DNA of 64,000 nucleotides from NCBI GenBank assembly GCA_012295275.1, contig CM022667.1:18724001-18788000 (forward strand), in the 5' to 3' direction. Under the pieces are notes generated by a model. It ran no database searches, had not been told where the DNA came from, and saw only the letters and a program-made list of their open reading frames with translations. The translations under genes and the position numbers were made by a program. The stretch is from Chrysomallon squamiferum. Taxonomy: Eukaryota; Animalia; Mollusca. Below are positions 25,910-39,607 of the stretch, piece after piece. The stretch's first letter is position 1. Every line of letters starts with the position of its first letter.

Positions 25910-28900
25910 TTATTTTTGTCTTACAACAAATACTGTATTAAATGTAGTGTCCAACAATATTTAAAACGAAAGCAAACTGGAATTTTGTTGAGCCTTGATA
26001 TTTTATTATTCACTGCAGCTCTTGTACTACCTGCAATTGTTTCTATATTGGCATATTACACAATAATAAAATATATACAATATATCAATATATCAGCCAG
26101 AGGATTTGAAAAAAAAATCATTACCGAAAATAGTAAGTTTTTTAAGGACACCAGCTTTTTTAGAGTTAAATAATTTATAAATTTATGAATGCTTGGTTTA
26201 GATTGACATAAAAATGGTAGGTAACGGTTTCTTTTGATTCATAAAAAACATACGAGTAAATATATAATGAAACTGATCTCCGATGTTATAGTTATTACTT
26301 AATGGACACATTCTATTTTCTAATGGTATATCTTCTCGTATCAGTAAGAAGATTAGAATTTGAAAGTATAAACCATAACTTTGGACACCAGTATTTTCTC
26401 TCTATAAAGTCTCGAATGCGACAACATTTCTAAATAGTTTATAATTAAAACATTAGACGAGTTATCAATGACAGAATACCAATAAAGTAAATAAGCCTTG
26501 TGTTAATGCATAATTTTAACATACCATTACATTGTGATAGCTGTACATCATTGAGAATAAATTTAACATGTAATATCAATTTGTAATTAAAAACGTTATT
26601 GTTAACACCATTCAGCAATAGTATACACACTAGTAATGAAAACTTAGACTGCTTTCCCGTGATTGTTCGATACCAATTCTTACTTTTACAGTAATATAAA
26701 CGTTCAAATTCTCCATTTAATAAGTACAGTGGAGTAGATTTTCTTACAGGTAATAACAATTTCATAAACTGGTTACAAGTTTTTTCCAGTAATAACAAAT
26801 TTTCCAATCCCCGTAATGAGATGAATTGGTAAAATCATGCAGTTAAATAATTTTAGTTGACACATGATGGAAATGTTATGATGTCTTAGTTGTCGTAGAA
26901 TGAAATACATAGCCTTCTGTGCTTGTGTATATAATATGTTTCTTGCTTTAGTAAATCTGTTCGAGTTAAGAAAAAAGTAAACAGAGATATGGATAACTTT
27001 CTACATTATCAAGCTTTGATTTTTCAAGATAAAACACTTTCTTGTTGCCATTAAAAATTAAGATTTTCGTGTTTTGTTAACAGTTTCCAATTAGCGAGTA
27101 ACAATCAAAAATATTTACAGATTTTTCTGTATCTTGATAATTAGCTGCAATGAGTATAGTGTCATCAGCATAGACTAAAACAAAAAAGAACAATAGATAT
27201 ATGTATCAAAAAATCACTGAATAATTCGTCTATGTTTATGCCCTGGCAATTATTAATTTTAAATATATCTTCTATATCCATTGAGGTTCAATGAGAATAG
27301 TAAAGGAGATAAATTTTCAACTTGTCTACCACTAACACAACAGGGGAAATAGTGTGTTAATGGGTTATGTGCTCTAACACAAGATTTAATATTTTTATAC
27401 ATATTGTAAATAATCTGGAAACATTTACCATATATATGTATATATACCATTTTTAATTCATTTTCCCCAAAGTCCGATTGTCCACACTGAATCAATAGCT
27501 TTGCTGAAATCTATATGTTTTTTCTTCCGTGCTTTCGTCAGTTCAATTAATCCGTAAAGTGTAAAAATGTGGTCATTTGTACAGTAATCCTTCCCAAATC
27601 CTGCTTGAACGTTCAGATCGTATATTATTTGTTTCAAGATAAAACTTTAGTCTGTCATTTAACATAGTGATAAAAAGTTTGTTGTTCTCGAGATATTTAA
27701 CAACTGTAAGTATTTCACTTTCTAATACAGGACTATTTAGTAAATTGTTACATTCTAAATATATGGTAAAGTCTAGTTCTGGGTGGGATTATCACTAATG
27801 TTTACATCTTTAAAGTATAGTGTTTCTAAAGGTGATAAATTACAGTCAGTTCGTTGTATTTTTAGAAGTTCCCCCAAAACTCGCATGTGACATTTGCTAA
27901 GATCAGTAAGTTTTAGTTCTCTTTTCCAGTAGCGTTTTCTGAAATGTTTTAATATTACATACTTTTATTGTTTACTGGTCTTTAGGAGTCGTTGTTTGTT
28001 AGTCATTTTTTTCCTATTTCTGTAAGCTGTTTTCGCTTCTGTGTATTTTCTTCTTCATTGATCTGCATTGACAACCTTATATCCGCGTTTGGGGGTTATC
28101 TGCTTCTAGCATATCCAAATGTATTTACCGCGGTGTTCACGAAATCGTTACTGATACTGTTCAGCGTGGCTGTTCATGCTAAAAAGATTCACTTAGGTAA
28201 TAGTCGTGACGGAACCTTATTAGTGCCTCTTTGCCAGACTTGGTTTTAATTGTAATTTGGTTTTCTTTGTAGTGAATTATAGAATATTCACAAAATCTTT
28301 ATTTTTATATGTCCAGGTAAAGCAGAATGTCTGCTACCTGTATTGTAAATATCTTATTATATTACGGTAACATTTATTTAGCTACCATGTATAATCATGT
28401 TTATAATTTATATTTTTACAGTTCTTAACTGTTTACCTAATTAATGATAGAAAACAGGGGTAAATATACAAAAACTAAATAGCAGAGCGTATGCAGACGT
28501 ACATGGGCCATTTAGAAGCTCTATTGTATAATTAGGGGAAGTTCCGTTATTTAATAAACTAAAATACACTGGGGTTTAACAAACTCAAAATTGGCATTAA
28601 AAGCTACAAAGTAAATTCAGAAAGGCTATCTGCAGAGATGTAGATTGAACACCCGAGCGATGGGTATATAAGTAGCGACACGCGTTTTGAAAGTCTTTGA
28701 CTGTGCGCTAAAAAAACAAGTAGACAACCTGATAATGCGGTTCGTGGAAGCAACAAAAGTGAGAATATAAACACAATTTTACAAAACACTACACAACATA
28801 AACACACCCGCCTCCAACCCCAGAACCAACTGGCAACCTCCCCTCGACGTCTGAACTCCAAAAAGCAACAACAACGCGACGCTAACAACAACAACAAGCA

Positions 28901-28976
28901 AAAAGAAGCCCGACATGATGTCACGACGAGCCATTTTTTTTTGTTGTTTTTGTTTTATTTAGTAGTAGAAACTAAG

Positions 28977-29015
<39 letters not shown>

Positions 29016-32000
29016 GTAAATAAATAAATATAAATAAATAAAACCCCTTAAACAGTGCCCAGTGCATATATATATGTATATGTGTGTGGATGTGTGTATG
29101 TATATGTATATATATATATATATACCCACATATGTGTACGTGTGTGTCTGTGTAGGGGTCTGTATATATGTATCTCTACTGCACCCTTTCGGATGTTAAT
29201 AAGTAAAAACCACTCAAAGGTTTATTCCAAATTGCCCACTTCAAATGCACTTGCACCCATCCCCTCCCATTCCTTTTCCCCCTTTTCCCTTCCCCTCTCC
29301 TGTCCCGGAACCCATCCCTGGCGATCCCAGAGATCGGATCCGGGATAGGCGTGCCCGAACCTTGAATTGGACGTGGGCACGTAAAAAGAGTTCTCCATCC
29401 ATCGACTGTGCGCCGTCTGCACAAGACAAAGGAAAACGCAAACAGTGGTAAATGTGTAAACTACATATATATATATATATAAAAAACAATTATCCATACT
29501 GAATTCGTGTCTGTGTTATATTTCTCTAGTGGAGGAATAGGAAATAGGAAAAAAATTAACGTGCTAATCAGAGCAAGCTGTTGTGAAGCACGTCTGCGAC
29601 GGGCACGCTTTCTGACAGGTCTCTAGTGGATACAGAATAGTCATTTAGTAGTTTAAGCGGTCTCAGATAATTAACACCTTGTCACGTGACGCCATTATAG
29701 TCTGCTACCCTTTAGACGGGACGAGCCAAATTTTATGTAGTAATACCACTCAGACTAGTCACCGTGACAATAGTTCCTTTATTTAAATTTTCACTGTATT
29801 TGTCAGCCACATGTTTATTCCATTTTCGGAACTTCAATTCAGCTACTTCAGTATTGTCTACTTGTTAATTCGTTTTTAAACTCTGAAAGTAACACATGGG
29901 CTATGAATGTCTGTATATAAAGGTTCAAAATCAAGGTATGTTCCCAGAACTGGCAGTCTCCAGATTAGGTAAGCGGTGAGGTGTTCTAATCCGCTTCCAG
30001 AAATAGGAAAACTGGCGTAAGCAATTAAGGCCAATTTAGAAGCATGGAGATAACGAGATGTGTGAAGAATAGATGGGGCGATTAACAAGATTAACCTTAA
30101 TGAGCAGTGAAGAGTAGAGGTGAGCCGGAATAGAGACTGCAAGAAAATTAATGTTTGGAGACATGAAATTAATGTTATATGTCAGTAAAATCTGGAGACA
30201 GGAAATACTACCAGTTTAAACGTGTGGGGTTAAAGAGAACAATTAAGAGATGTATGAAGAGGGTATCCAGAATAGAGGTCGCAAGGAAATTAATGTTATA
30301 ACGTAAGATTTGGAGACCTATATAAATACTACACAGTCATGATGTTTGTTATGTTTGACCATAATTTATTGCCTTTGTTATTGCTTTGATCATCGATCAA
30401 TAGTCAACCGTCAATGGTACGATTAATCGTCAGTGGTACCGGGAACATCAGCTAAGGTGATGGCCATCAATTAAGGTGACGGAACACCAATTAGTAAGGG
30501 TGAGCAATAAACTGCCAGAAATGGAACAACAGGCGTGTCCAATTAAGATGTGTTATAATCTCACAGCCAGATTCAGGAATGCCAGAATCGGGAATAAACC
30601 AAAATCAAGAGCATCACATAGCGAGGTTATAGCAAATCAACGATACTTGTTCCCTTACAAGTAGTTTACCAATATTTTTTTTATCATTATCAACTATTCC
30701 GTTTACAAAATATACATGTTGTTATTATTTGCAAAATTCAATAAATTTATATCCATGACTATGTGCTGACTTTTTCTTTCTAGAGAAATTCCTTAATTTA
30801 GTAGACTGTTCATAAAATTAAATAATTCATCTGAAAATTCTATCTGTTATTTTTGTTTCATATCACACATTATATAATTTGGGAGTGTCTGTGTTCTGGC
30901 GTTAAAATCGCTGACGAGAACAATATCATTTTCAGTACATATGTTATAAATTCAGCTTGCAACAAGTTAAAAGTATCACTGTTAAAGTAAGGAGAGCCAA
31001 TAATTATATTAGATATGTTTCTAGATACAACTGAATCTTTAAACTTAAACAATAATACATATTCAGATGGTTTTTTGATAAATTAGTACATTTGAAATAA
31101 TATTATTTTGACAGTTAGTCATATGCCACCCGATTTAGCACATGATTTTCCTTTTCTATTATTTCTATTATATACTATAAAACACTATCAATATCAAGTT
31201 TTGTTTCTACTAAACGCAACAACAATTTTGAAAAATTCTGGTGTATGCAGTTTTGTTTTCAAGCATTAAACATTAACTCTATTTATGTAACAGTAGTGAT
31301 TCGATACTTCAAACGGTTCATCTTGATTGTCGCCAGCGGCGAACTTAGGCTGTCCTAGGCACGCGAGGAGTAATTGCGGGCATGCTTTGCTCGGATTTAC
31401 AATTTGTGGGCTATTAATATTCGATTCGTTGTGTCTACCTTGTGTTTGAGTACTTGGGTACCATCGACTTCCTTCAGTAAAAAGTTTGTCGATTACTAAT
31501 GTCGCACGGCGTACATGTTTTCAATAAACTTTGACCATAAACCTTTTCTGCGTTCCACAATCTCGCGCGGAAACTGTTCACCGATACCAAACTGAGTTCC
31601 TTTCAAAACTTTAGAATTTCTTCAAACAGTTTCTTTGTCTTTTAATCTTTCAACAGGTCGTGGCCTAGTTGAGTTTGGTACATTCCGTCCGAGAAGGTGC
31701 ACACGATCAAATGCAAAAATATTTTTGTGTTAGATTTGTTCTTTAAGAAACTGATTTTCTACTTGCTTTGTATCCTCATCGTCTTTTTCTACAATCCCGT
31801 TGAAAATCAGGTTGTTTCTCATTGATCGTGTCTGAATAACTAGCACATTTGCATACGGATCATCATAATCATGCCGGAACTGTTAATTTCATTATAATAT
31901 TTCTTAACTTGTTTACCTCTTCCTTCATAGCTGCAACCACATCCGCCACTTTCTTTCTTTCCGTATGGGCTTCTTCAAAGCTAGCGTTTACAAAATATAT

Positions 32001-34439
32001 AGATTCTTCTAACTTAGGGATTTTTATGCAATTGAATTTTAAAATCAGTGACAATGGTTACAATAATATTTAATCGTTTCGCAATACCTTCTATTTTTAT
32101 CTGTTTTCTCCGAAATGAGAAGAAGTGTATGTGAGATTGCATTTATTTTCTGAAATATCTGGTTGGTATCCATGATGGTATTTGCAGTTGTAACACAGGC
32201 TGAACTTGGTAAGCTGGATTTCCGTATGCAGGCGAGCGAGTTAATGCACTGCTAAATAAAACTTGTGGTTGTGTGGCGGACGCACTAGTCGGAGAATCTG
32301 ACGCCATCTTTTCTTTCGCTTCTATCCGTTTATGATTGTTTTCTTTCTTCTTGTGTCCCTTCTTTTATTTGCTGGTTATTTTGTCATATAATATGTTATA
32401 TACTAATAATAATTTGTTTCCATCATATTTATGTTAAAATATTTAAAAACAAGATATATAATACCGCAGCTAATTTTCTTCAAGCGTCCACCCTCTTGTC
32501 ATGCGCTACAGGCTGAACTGTTCTCCGCCAGAGGATACTCGGGCTAGTTGGTGCCCTGCATTGGGATTAATGTTTTTAAGTGGAATTAATGTTACAAAGT
32601 TAAATATACATACCCCACTTTTGTCCGTACAAAACAGGACAACCGCCATGCATAGTTCTTTGATCACGTTGCCCATCTGGAGTATAGTTATACCAAAACA
32701 CAGCAGAATACTGAGAAAAAAGTTTTTAAATCAAACTAGCTGAAGTAATTTTTTTAATATAAAGGAATTTTTTTTTTTTTTTTTCATTTTATTTTATTTT
32801 TTTTTATTTGTTTTTCATTCATTTATTGTTTATTTGTTTTGTTAACACTTGTGCGAGTTTTTGTATAGACCCTCTAACGTATTTACGCTATCATTGAAAC
32901 ATTCTACTATTTTTAACTGCAACTGCACTTCTATATTTATTGTTGATTTATTGGTAAAATAAGAAAAATACTGTTAGATTGGAATAAGTGGTTGGAATGA
33001 TCTGTTTCTTTTTATACTCTACCTTAATTGGCTGAGCACCGATACCTAAAAGTGGAAACACCGTAGCTCCACCAGCTTCAACATCACCTAACTGAAATGA
33101 AACAAACTTTAATAACTTAATAATCCTGTTTTAAATTCATTATCCAGTTATCAAAGCTATATGGCTTTACTGATTACACGGAGATATCATTTCACATGCA
33201 AACACATGAGTGTTTTTTATGCATACATACATACATACACATATAGATACATAGATATTTACATATATACATACTTACACACATAATACATACATACATA
33301 TATATTTACACACACACAATAATAATAATAATAATTATTATTAGTAGTAGTAGTAGTAGTAATAGTAGTAGGAGCAGCAGTAGCAAAGAACATCACTTAC
33401 ATAAAACATGAATGTCGCTAATCTGTCGCCGCTGTCTTTGGTAAAACCACTTAAACTTTTCAGAGTGTCTGGATCCTGGTGAAACAAACAAACAGAACAA
33501 CAATAAATATACAGAGAGTCAGATAGAAAGATGATAAATATTACTGTTAGAAATAGTCAACAAAACAAAACTTACGACATAATAATCATAATGAGGGATA
33601 TACTGTCCACCTAAGCCATAATTCAGAACCTGAAATGTGAAAATAAACATTTTAATAACAAAATAAAATAGAATATACTGATAACATAATTTACATGTAT
33701 TCCCTTATGGCAAGTTAGCTTACATTTAGCATTGTTCAAAACTATTGCCTGTAAGTTTTAGCAACTGTTGATAAAAATAACATATGACCAAAAAAACCAC
33801 GAAAGTCTGCAAAACAATCAAACAACAAAACAAAACAAAACGAAATAACAAACGAATAAACAACCAAATAAATAAATAAAACCCGATAATAGCTCCAAGT
33901 AGGTTCAGGATTCCACACTCTCAAAACTTTTAATTGTTAACGGAGATAGTACAGAGTTCAGATAAATGCTATACATTGTTAGTAATAACCTAATCACAGA
34001 TGTTATAACTGCAGCAGAAAAGTACTCAAATCAATGACCTTTTTTCTTCTATGAAAAAAACAATTACCATTCCAGTCCTGGAATAAATCTAAATTTACAA
34101 ATGATGTTATTTTAATAGTTTACTGTGTATATGTTGTTTTCATAAAATAAAAATGTGATCACATGTTTCTGTTCTGACATACCTGAAATGGTTCTGCAAG
34201 CGTTCTCTCCTCTCTGTAATCCGTGAGTAATCCTGTTATCTCTGAAACCCTTCGACTTAAGCGATGTATAATAGATGTATGATTGTCCCACATCCATGCC
34301 CTATTTTGAAACCAAATTGATTTTTTTTTTTTTTTTCGGAAATTATATGAAAACGAAACGGGGTTCAGTTTTTAAAATAATTTAATATGCATTAAAACAC
34401 AGAAAATATTCCTTAGGCATTACAAGAAATTTCTTTTTA

Positions 34440-34494
<55 letters not shown>

Positions 34495-34975
34495 TTTCAT
34501 ATTGCTTCATTTTCTCAAAATTCACTTCCATATGATGTATATGTTTTTTTCCCCATATATAAGAATAAGCTTAATTATTAAGATTCGAAATGTCACAGAC
34601 ACTATTCAGTCATTTTAAGACAGTTATGAGTATTTCATTAAATTAGGACCGTATATTTTTATTATTTATCTTTGTTTATATTCAAAGCTGTCATTAATTT
34701 GTATGCTGAAATATGAGACAATTACTCTGCACGCCTTTATAATCAGATCTACAACAGTTGTCTTTAGTAGAAGTGATATATAATATTTTGTATTTATTTT
34801 ATTTTATTTTGCATGATATTTTCAATGATACATTTTAAATCAATAATATAAACTATTCGTGCTGCTTTTTTCATAAAAAAGTAATTATTACCAGGAATCG
34901 CAAACATTAATCAACAGTATAAAAATTGTATTAAAAAAATCTAAATTTTTAATCAAGATATGGCTTTCGTTACAT

Positions 34976-35022
<47 letters not shown>

Positions 35023-35166
35023 TTTGTGTGTGTGTCTGTGTGTTTCCTATTAAAAGGAATGATGGAATCTGACTGCATCTTGTGTCAATGTTAATAGCAA
35101 ATTTTTAAATGAAAAAAGTTGGAAACAAAAATAAAAACAACAAAATCATACACACAAGCATTGCAT

Positions 35167-35212
<46 letters not shown>

Positions 35213-35560
35213 TAACATAGAGAAACACACACTCACAAATGTAGAAACATACATACACAACAGCATACAGAACCATAGAGATGCACAATATCTATGATAA
35301 GGCTGAAATATGATAATTACTATACATTTTAAGCACCCCGCACCCATGCACACACATACACACACGAGAGAAAAACACCTGCATTCATTACTATACTGAT
35401 AGACGAATACTATCGTACCTTGGTACAATTTAAACAGTGCTTTGTTACAAACAAAATGTATTCATAAACTCACACTTTACTTGTTCTTGCTTCATGCAGT
35501 TTAGGAGCATTTGGAGAATTACCAATCGCAGATCTTTCCAACTAAATTAATAATAATAAC

Positions 35561-35600
<40 letters not shown>

Positions 35601-35643
35601 GTAGTAGTAGTAGTAGCAGTAGTAGTAGTAGTAGTAGTAGTAA

Positions 35644-35677
<34 letters not shown>

Positions 35678-36203
35678 TTAGCACTGAAAATTTATCTGCA
35701 TTATATTTATTAGTCGAACAGAAATAAAGAACAGTATGAAGTTTAAAAAACTAAAACCGGAATAACTTATATATTAATTTAGTGACTATTATGGGTGGTT
35801 AATCCGAGACGCTGTCGCCTAGAAGCTGCGGTGTGCTTTAGTTACGTTGCAAAGTGCACTCGTTTAATATTATTATTGTTGTTGTTGTTGTAGTTAAATA
35901 CTGAACAGTAGAAACTGGGGCTCTAATATATTAATAACGCTTGAAAATATACCTCTGTTATTATGATATTAATGCTCCATATGATATTTCAACATTATAA
36001 TCATCTTCATTATCGTTATTATTAAGATTATTATCATTATTATTAGTAGTAGTAGTAGTAGTAAGGTTGTCAGATCAAGCGGACTGACGGAAACGAACTA
36101 AATCTATTAGATGAACATTTTGAACAGCTATGCAGAAAATATCAAAATACTAAACAAATGATACAGGTGCCCTAATTAATTAATTAAATTTATTTTTATT
36201 TTA

Positions 36204-36249
<46 letters not shown>

Positions 36250-38254
36250 CGTCACACGCTAAAGCTAATATTCTGTTAATGCGGACTGTGCTATGCGTTA
36301 AAATAGTTCGAAAGATTTCACATAAGCATTTCCCTAAATGTTTTCAGTCATTTTCTTTTCTTTTTCTTTATTATTTTTAAAGGGTTTTCTTCTGAAGAAC
36401 GTGGCTAATCAAACTTTAGTTCAACAAAATGTAATATTATCTGAGGGAAATGAACAATATGTGTGCATGTACTTGATTTCCTCATCCGATTTTATACTCA
36501 GCTGCCTCATGAACTACTGACATTCTTGAAAGAATAATTCCTTTTAAACTTTTAAAAAGTTTAATCCTAACGGATCATAGTTGTATTTGCTTTATTAACA
36601 AAATTAATATAACAAAGTTATTGAAAAAGTTAAATTTTTCATTCTTACAAAGCTCATAAATACTTTCGTTACAAGACAGTTTAGGAAGAAGAAAAAAATC
36701 ATTACTACCCATTTGGTATATATATATATATATTAATTACAGAATGTAAACCTTCATTGAATAACATAATGTTATTATTAATATTCATTTAATTAAACTG
36801 TAACGAGCACGTACCATCGTTGTTGAAAGCTGTTTAATATGGTCCGTTTCGGTTTCGGAAATGACATCATAAAAAATGGCTACCGTTGGAGATTTACTCA
36901 ATATTTCAGTTTTCCAGCGACGGTATGGAACGTTTCCGGTTGAATAAAGGCAAACAGTTTTCCATGAGGTCTACAAATAAATTGCAAAAGGTCAGCAAAA
37001 AAAAAAAAAAAAAAAAAGACTGAAAATAAGCTAATATTTTTAGAAACCAGGTTCTGTTAATGCGGACTGTCTTATGCGTTAAATATTTTGAAAGATTTCA
37101 TATAAGCGTTTCCCTATAATGTTTTCAGTCATTTTCTTTTCTTTTTCTTTATTATTTCTGAAGGGTTTTCTTCTGAAGAACGTGGCTAGGAATATGAAAT
37201 TTCTGTAATTTTCATTTGACTTCAAAATATATTCTGTACAAATTGAAAATAAAGTAATAATATTGCTGAATAATATAATTGTGAAGGCTCGATATAATAT
37301 AAAAACAACAATAATAATAATAATATATAAAACAAAAATAAATAACATAAATTAATTAGGGCACCTGTATCACTTGGTTAGTATTTTGATATTTTCTGCA
37401 TAGCTGTTCAAAACGTTCACCTCGCAGATTTAGTTCGTTCCCGTCAGTCCGCTTGATCTGACAACCTAATAATAATAATGATAATGAAGATGATAATAAT
37501 GTTGAAATATTATATGGAGCAATAATATTATAATAACAGAGGTATATTTTTTCACGCGTTATTAACATCTTAGTGCCCAAGTTTCTACTGTTCAGTATTT
37601 AACGACAACAACAACAACAATAATATTAATCGCGAGCACACAGCAACGTAACTAAAGCACACCCCATAACAGTCACTAAATTTTCCAAAATGTTCCGATC
37701 CGCCCTAGGTGTCTCCCTGTGTGCTCTGCAAAACCCGTCATACGGTACAGATACATTCATGTATGTTTAGTCCGTAACAATTAAAAAAAAAAAAAAAAAA
37801 AAAAAAAAGAATTAAGGAGATTTACCTCACAGATACAGATGCAAATATTTATTTTGTGAATTAGTATTGTATTTGATATTAAATTTATTTCACCTGTGTC
37901 GTAAGAACATTTTGCTCCGCCTTCCGTTACATGTTTCGTATCTAACTGAAATGGAATTAAAGAGATATATTTTGTTTCTATTCAGGACTTTTATCCAGAG
38001 ATTGAAGGAGAGGTTACAAAAAATGTTAGAAGTGATTCCTGAAAGAATCGCTAAAAACAAATGAGTGCATTGAAAAACGAACAGGTCAAATATATATTTT
38101 ATATATAATATATAATATAATTAACTTCTGTCGTTTAATGAGTATCTTAAAGTTACAGGAGTAAAATGTATCCAACAAAGTTTATTTATTTATCAGCCTG
38201 GAAAATGAATGTGCATACAAATTATATTAAATTTAACTTGAAAGTGAAGATAAC

Positions 38255-38322
<68 letters not shown>

Positions 38323-38533
38323 TGGAACACGGAGAAGTGATATTAAGAAAATTTAATATAAATGTTCCCAATATTCCGTAGAATCTATTAAAAGAGTGAG
38401 TAAAAAAAAAACCCAAAGAAAACAAGAAATAAATTATTACTATGTAAATAACGAATAGAAAAGTGAATAAAAAAAGAAGAGAAGAAGACGAAATGAAATA
38501 TTAAAATAATAATAATAATAATTATTATTATTA

Positions 38534-38567
<34 letters not shown>

Positions 38568-39567
38568 AACATTATCTCACCAAATTGACTGGTTTAAAAT
38601 TATTTATTATCTGGCCTAGTTTTAGCCAATCGTCATTGAGCTTTCGGAGACCTTGGGAAGATGACAAATCAGCAAAATCTATGCAATCTTCCGTGGTGAT
38701 ATTACCCCTGGCTGATGACGTCAAACTAGACACAGAAATGTCGTAAATCATCTGAAGTCTAATAATAGCTGCACGTGCATGTTTTACTGTCTGTAAATCC
38801 GGAAAAGCAACTCCAAATTTGGCTACGGAAGCGGTTACTGAAATAAAATTGAATAAGAAAAACGTAGAAATAGATTTTGGCATAAATAACAAAATCATAG
38901 TAATCCTCTGGTTCAAATGGTTACTTACAAATTAAAAATACTTTCTAAATACTAAAATAAAGATTTCGTTTCTATATGATTTTTATATGAATTTTTCTTC
39001 TTCTTCTTCTTCTTCTTCTTATTATTATTATTAGTAGTAGTAGTAGTAGTAGTAGTAGTAAATGAGTTTTAAACTGTGTTTAATAATGAAAACTGATTTG
39101 GTGTCTCCTTGATTTGAGCATACGAAAACATAAATTCACCAAAATCATGACTGTACATTTAATAAATAAATATTTTAAAATATTTTAAACATATTTTATG
39201 TCATATATTAAAATATTAACTTACTACTTTGTAATAAGTTTGGTTCCACTTCTCTAAGATATTTTATTACATGTTGATTAAAACGACGAATTCCAATGTA
39301 GGCATCCAGCGGATGATTCACGGATATTCTAGTCGGCAGCGTCGATAGTTCTCGTGAAACTTCGAGTGCAAGTCTAAAATACACAGACGTTTGATAAATG
39401 AATATTTTAAACATATGTATTTCTGAAAGTATTCTATGATTTTTGTTCCACTTCAACATCATCAACAACAAAAACAAAATTATAATTATATATATATATA
39501 TATAATTTATTTAAAAAATAAATTATCTTAATATCTATTATTATATGGGATATTATGATATGCTTTA

Positions 39568-39607
<40 letters not shown>

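Noticed and set aside
37690-37780. Minus-strand YDGFCR segment resembling the P4HA YExLCR motif (a possible alternative exon 5)
   Set aside because: No AG acceptor (ttacgg) and an in-frame TAA upstream. The true motif is in exon 37465-37365.
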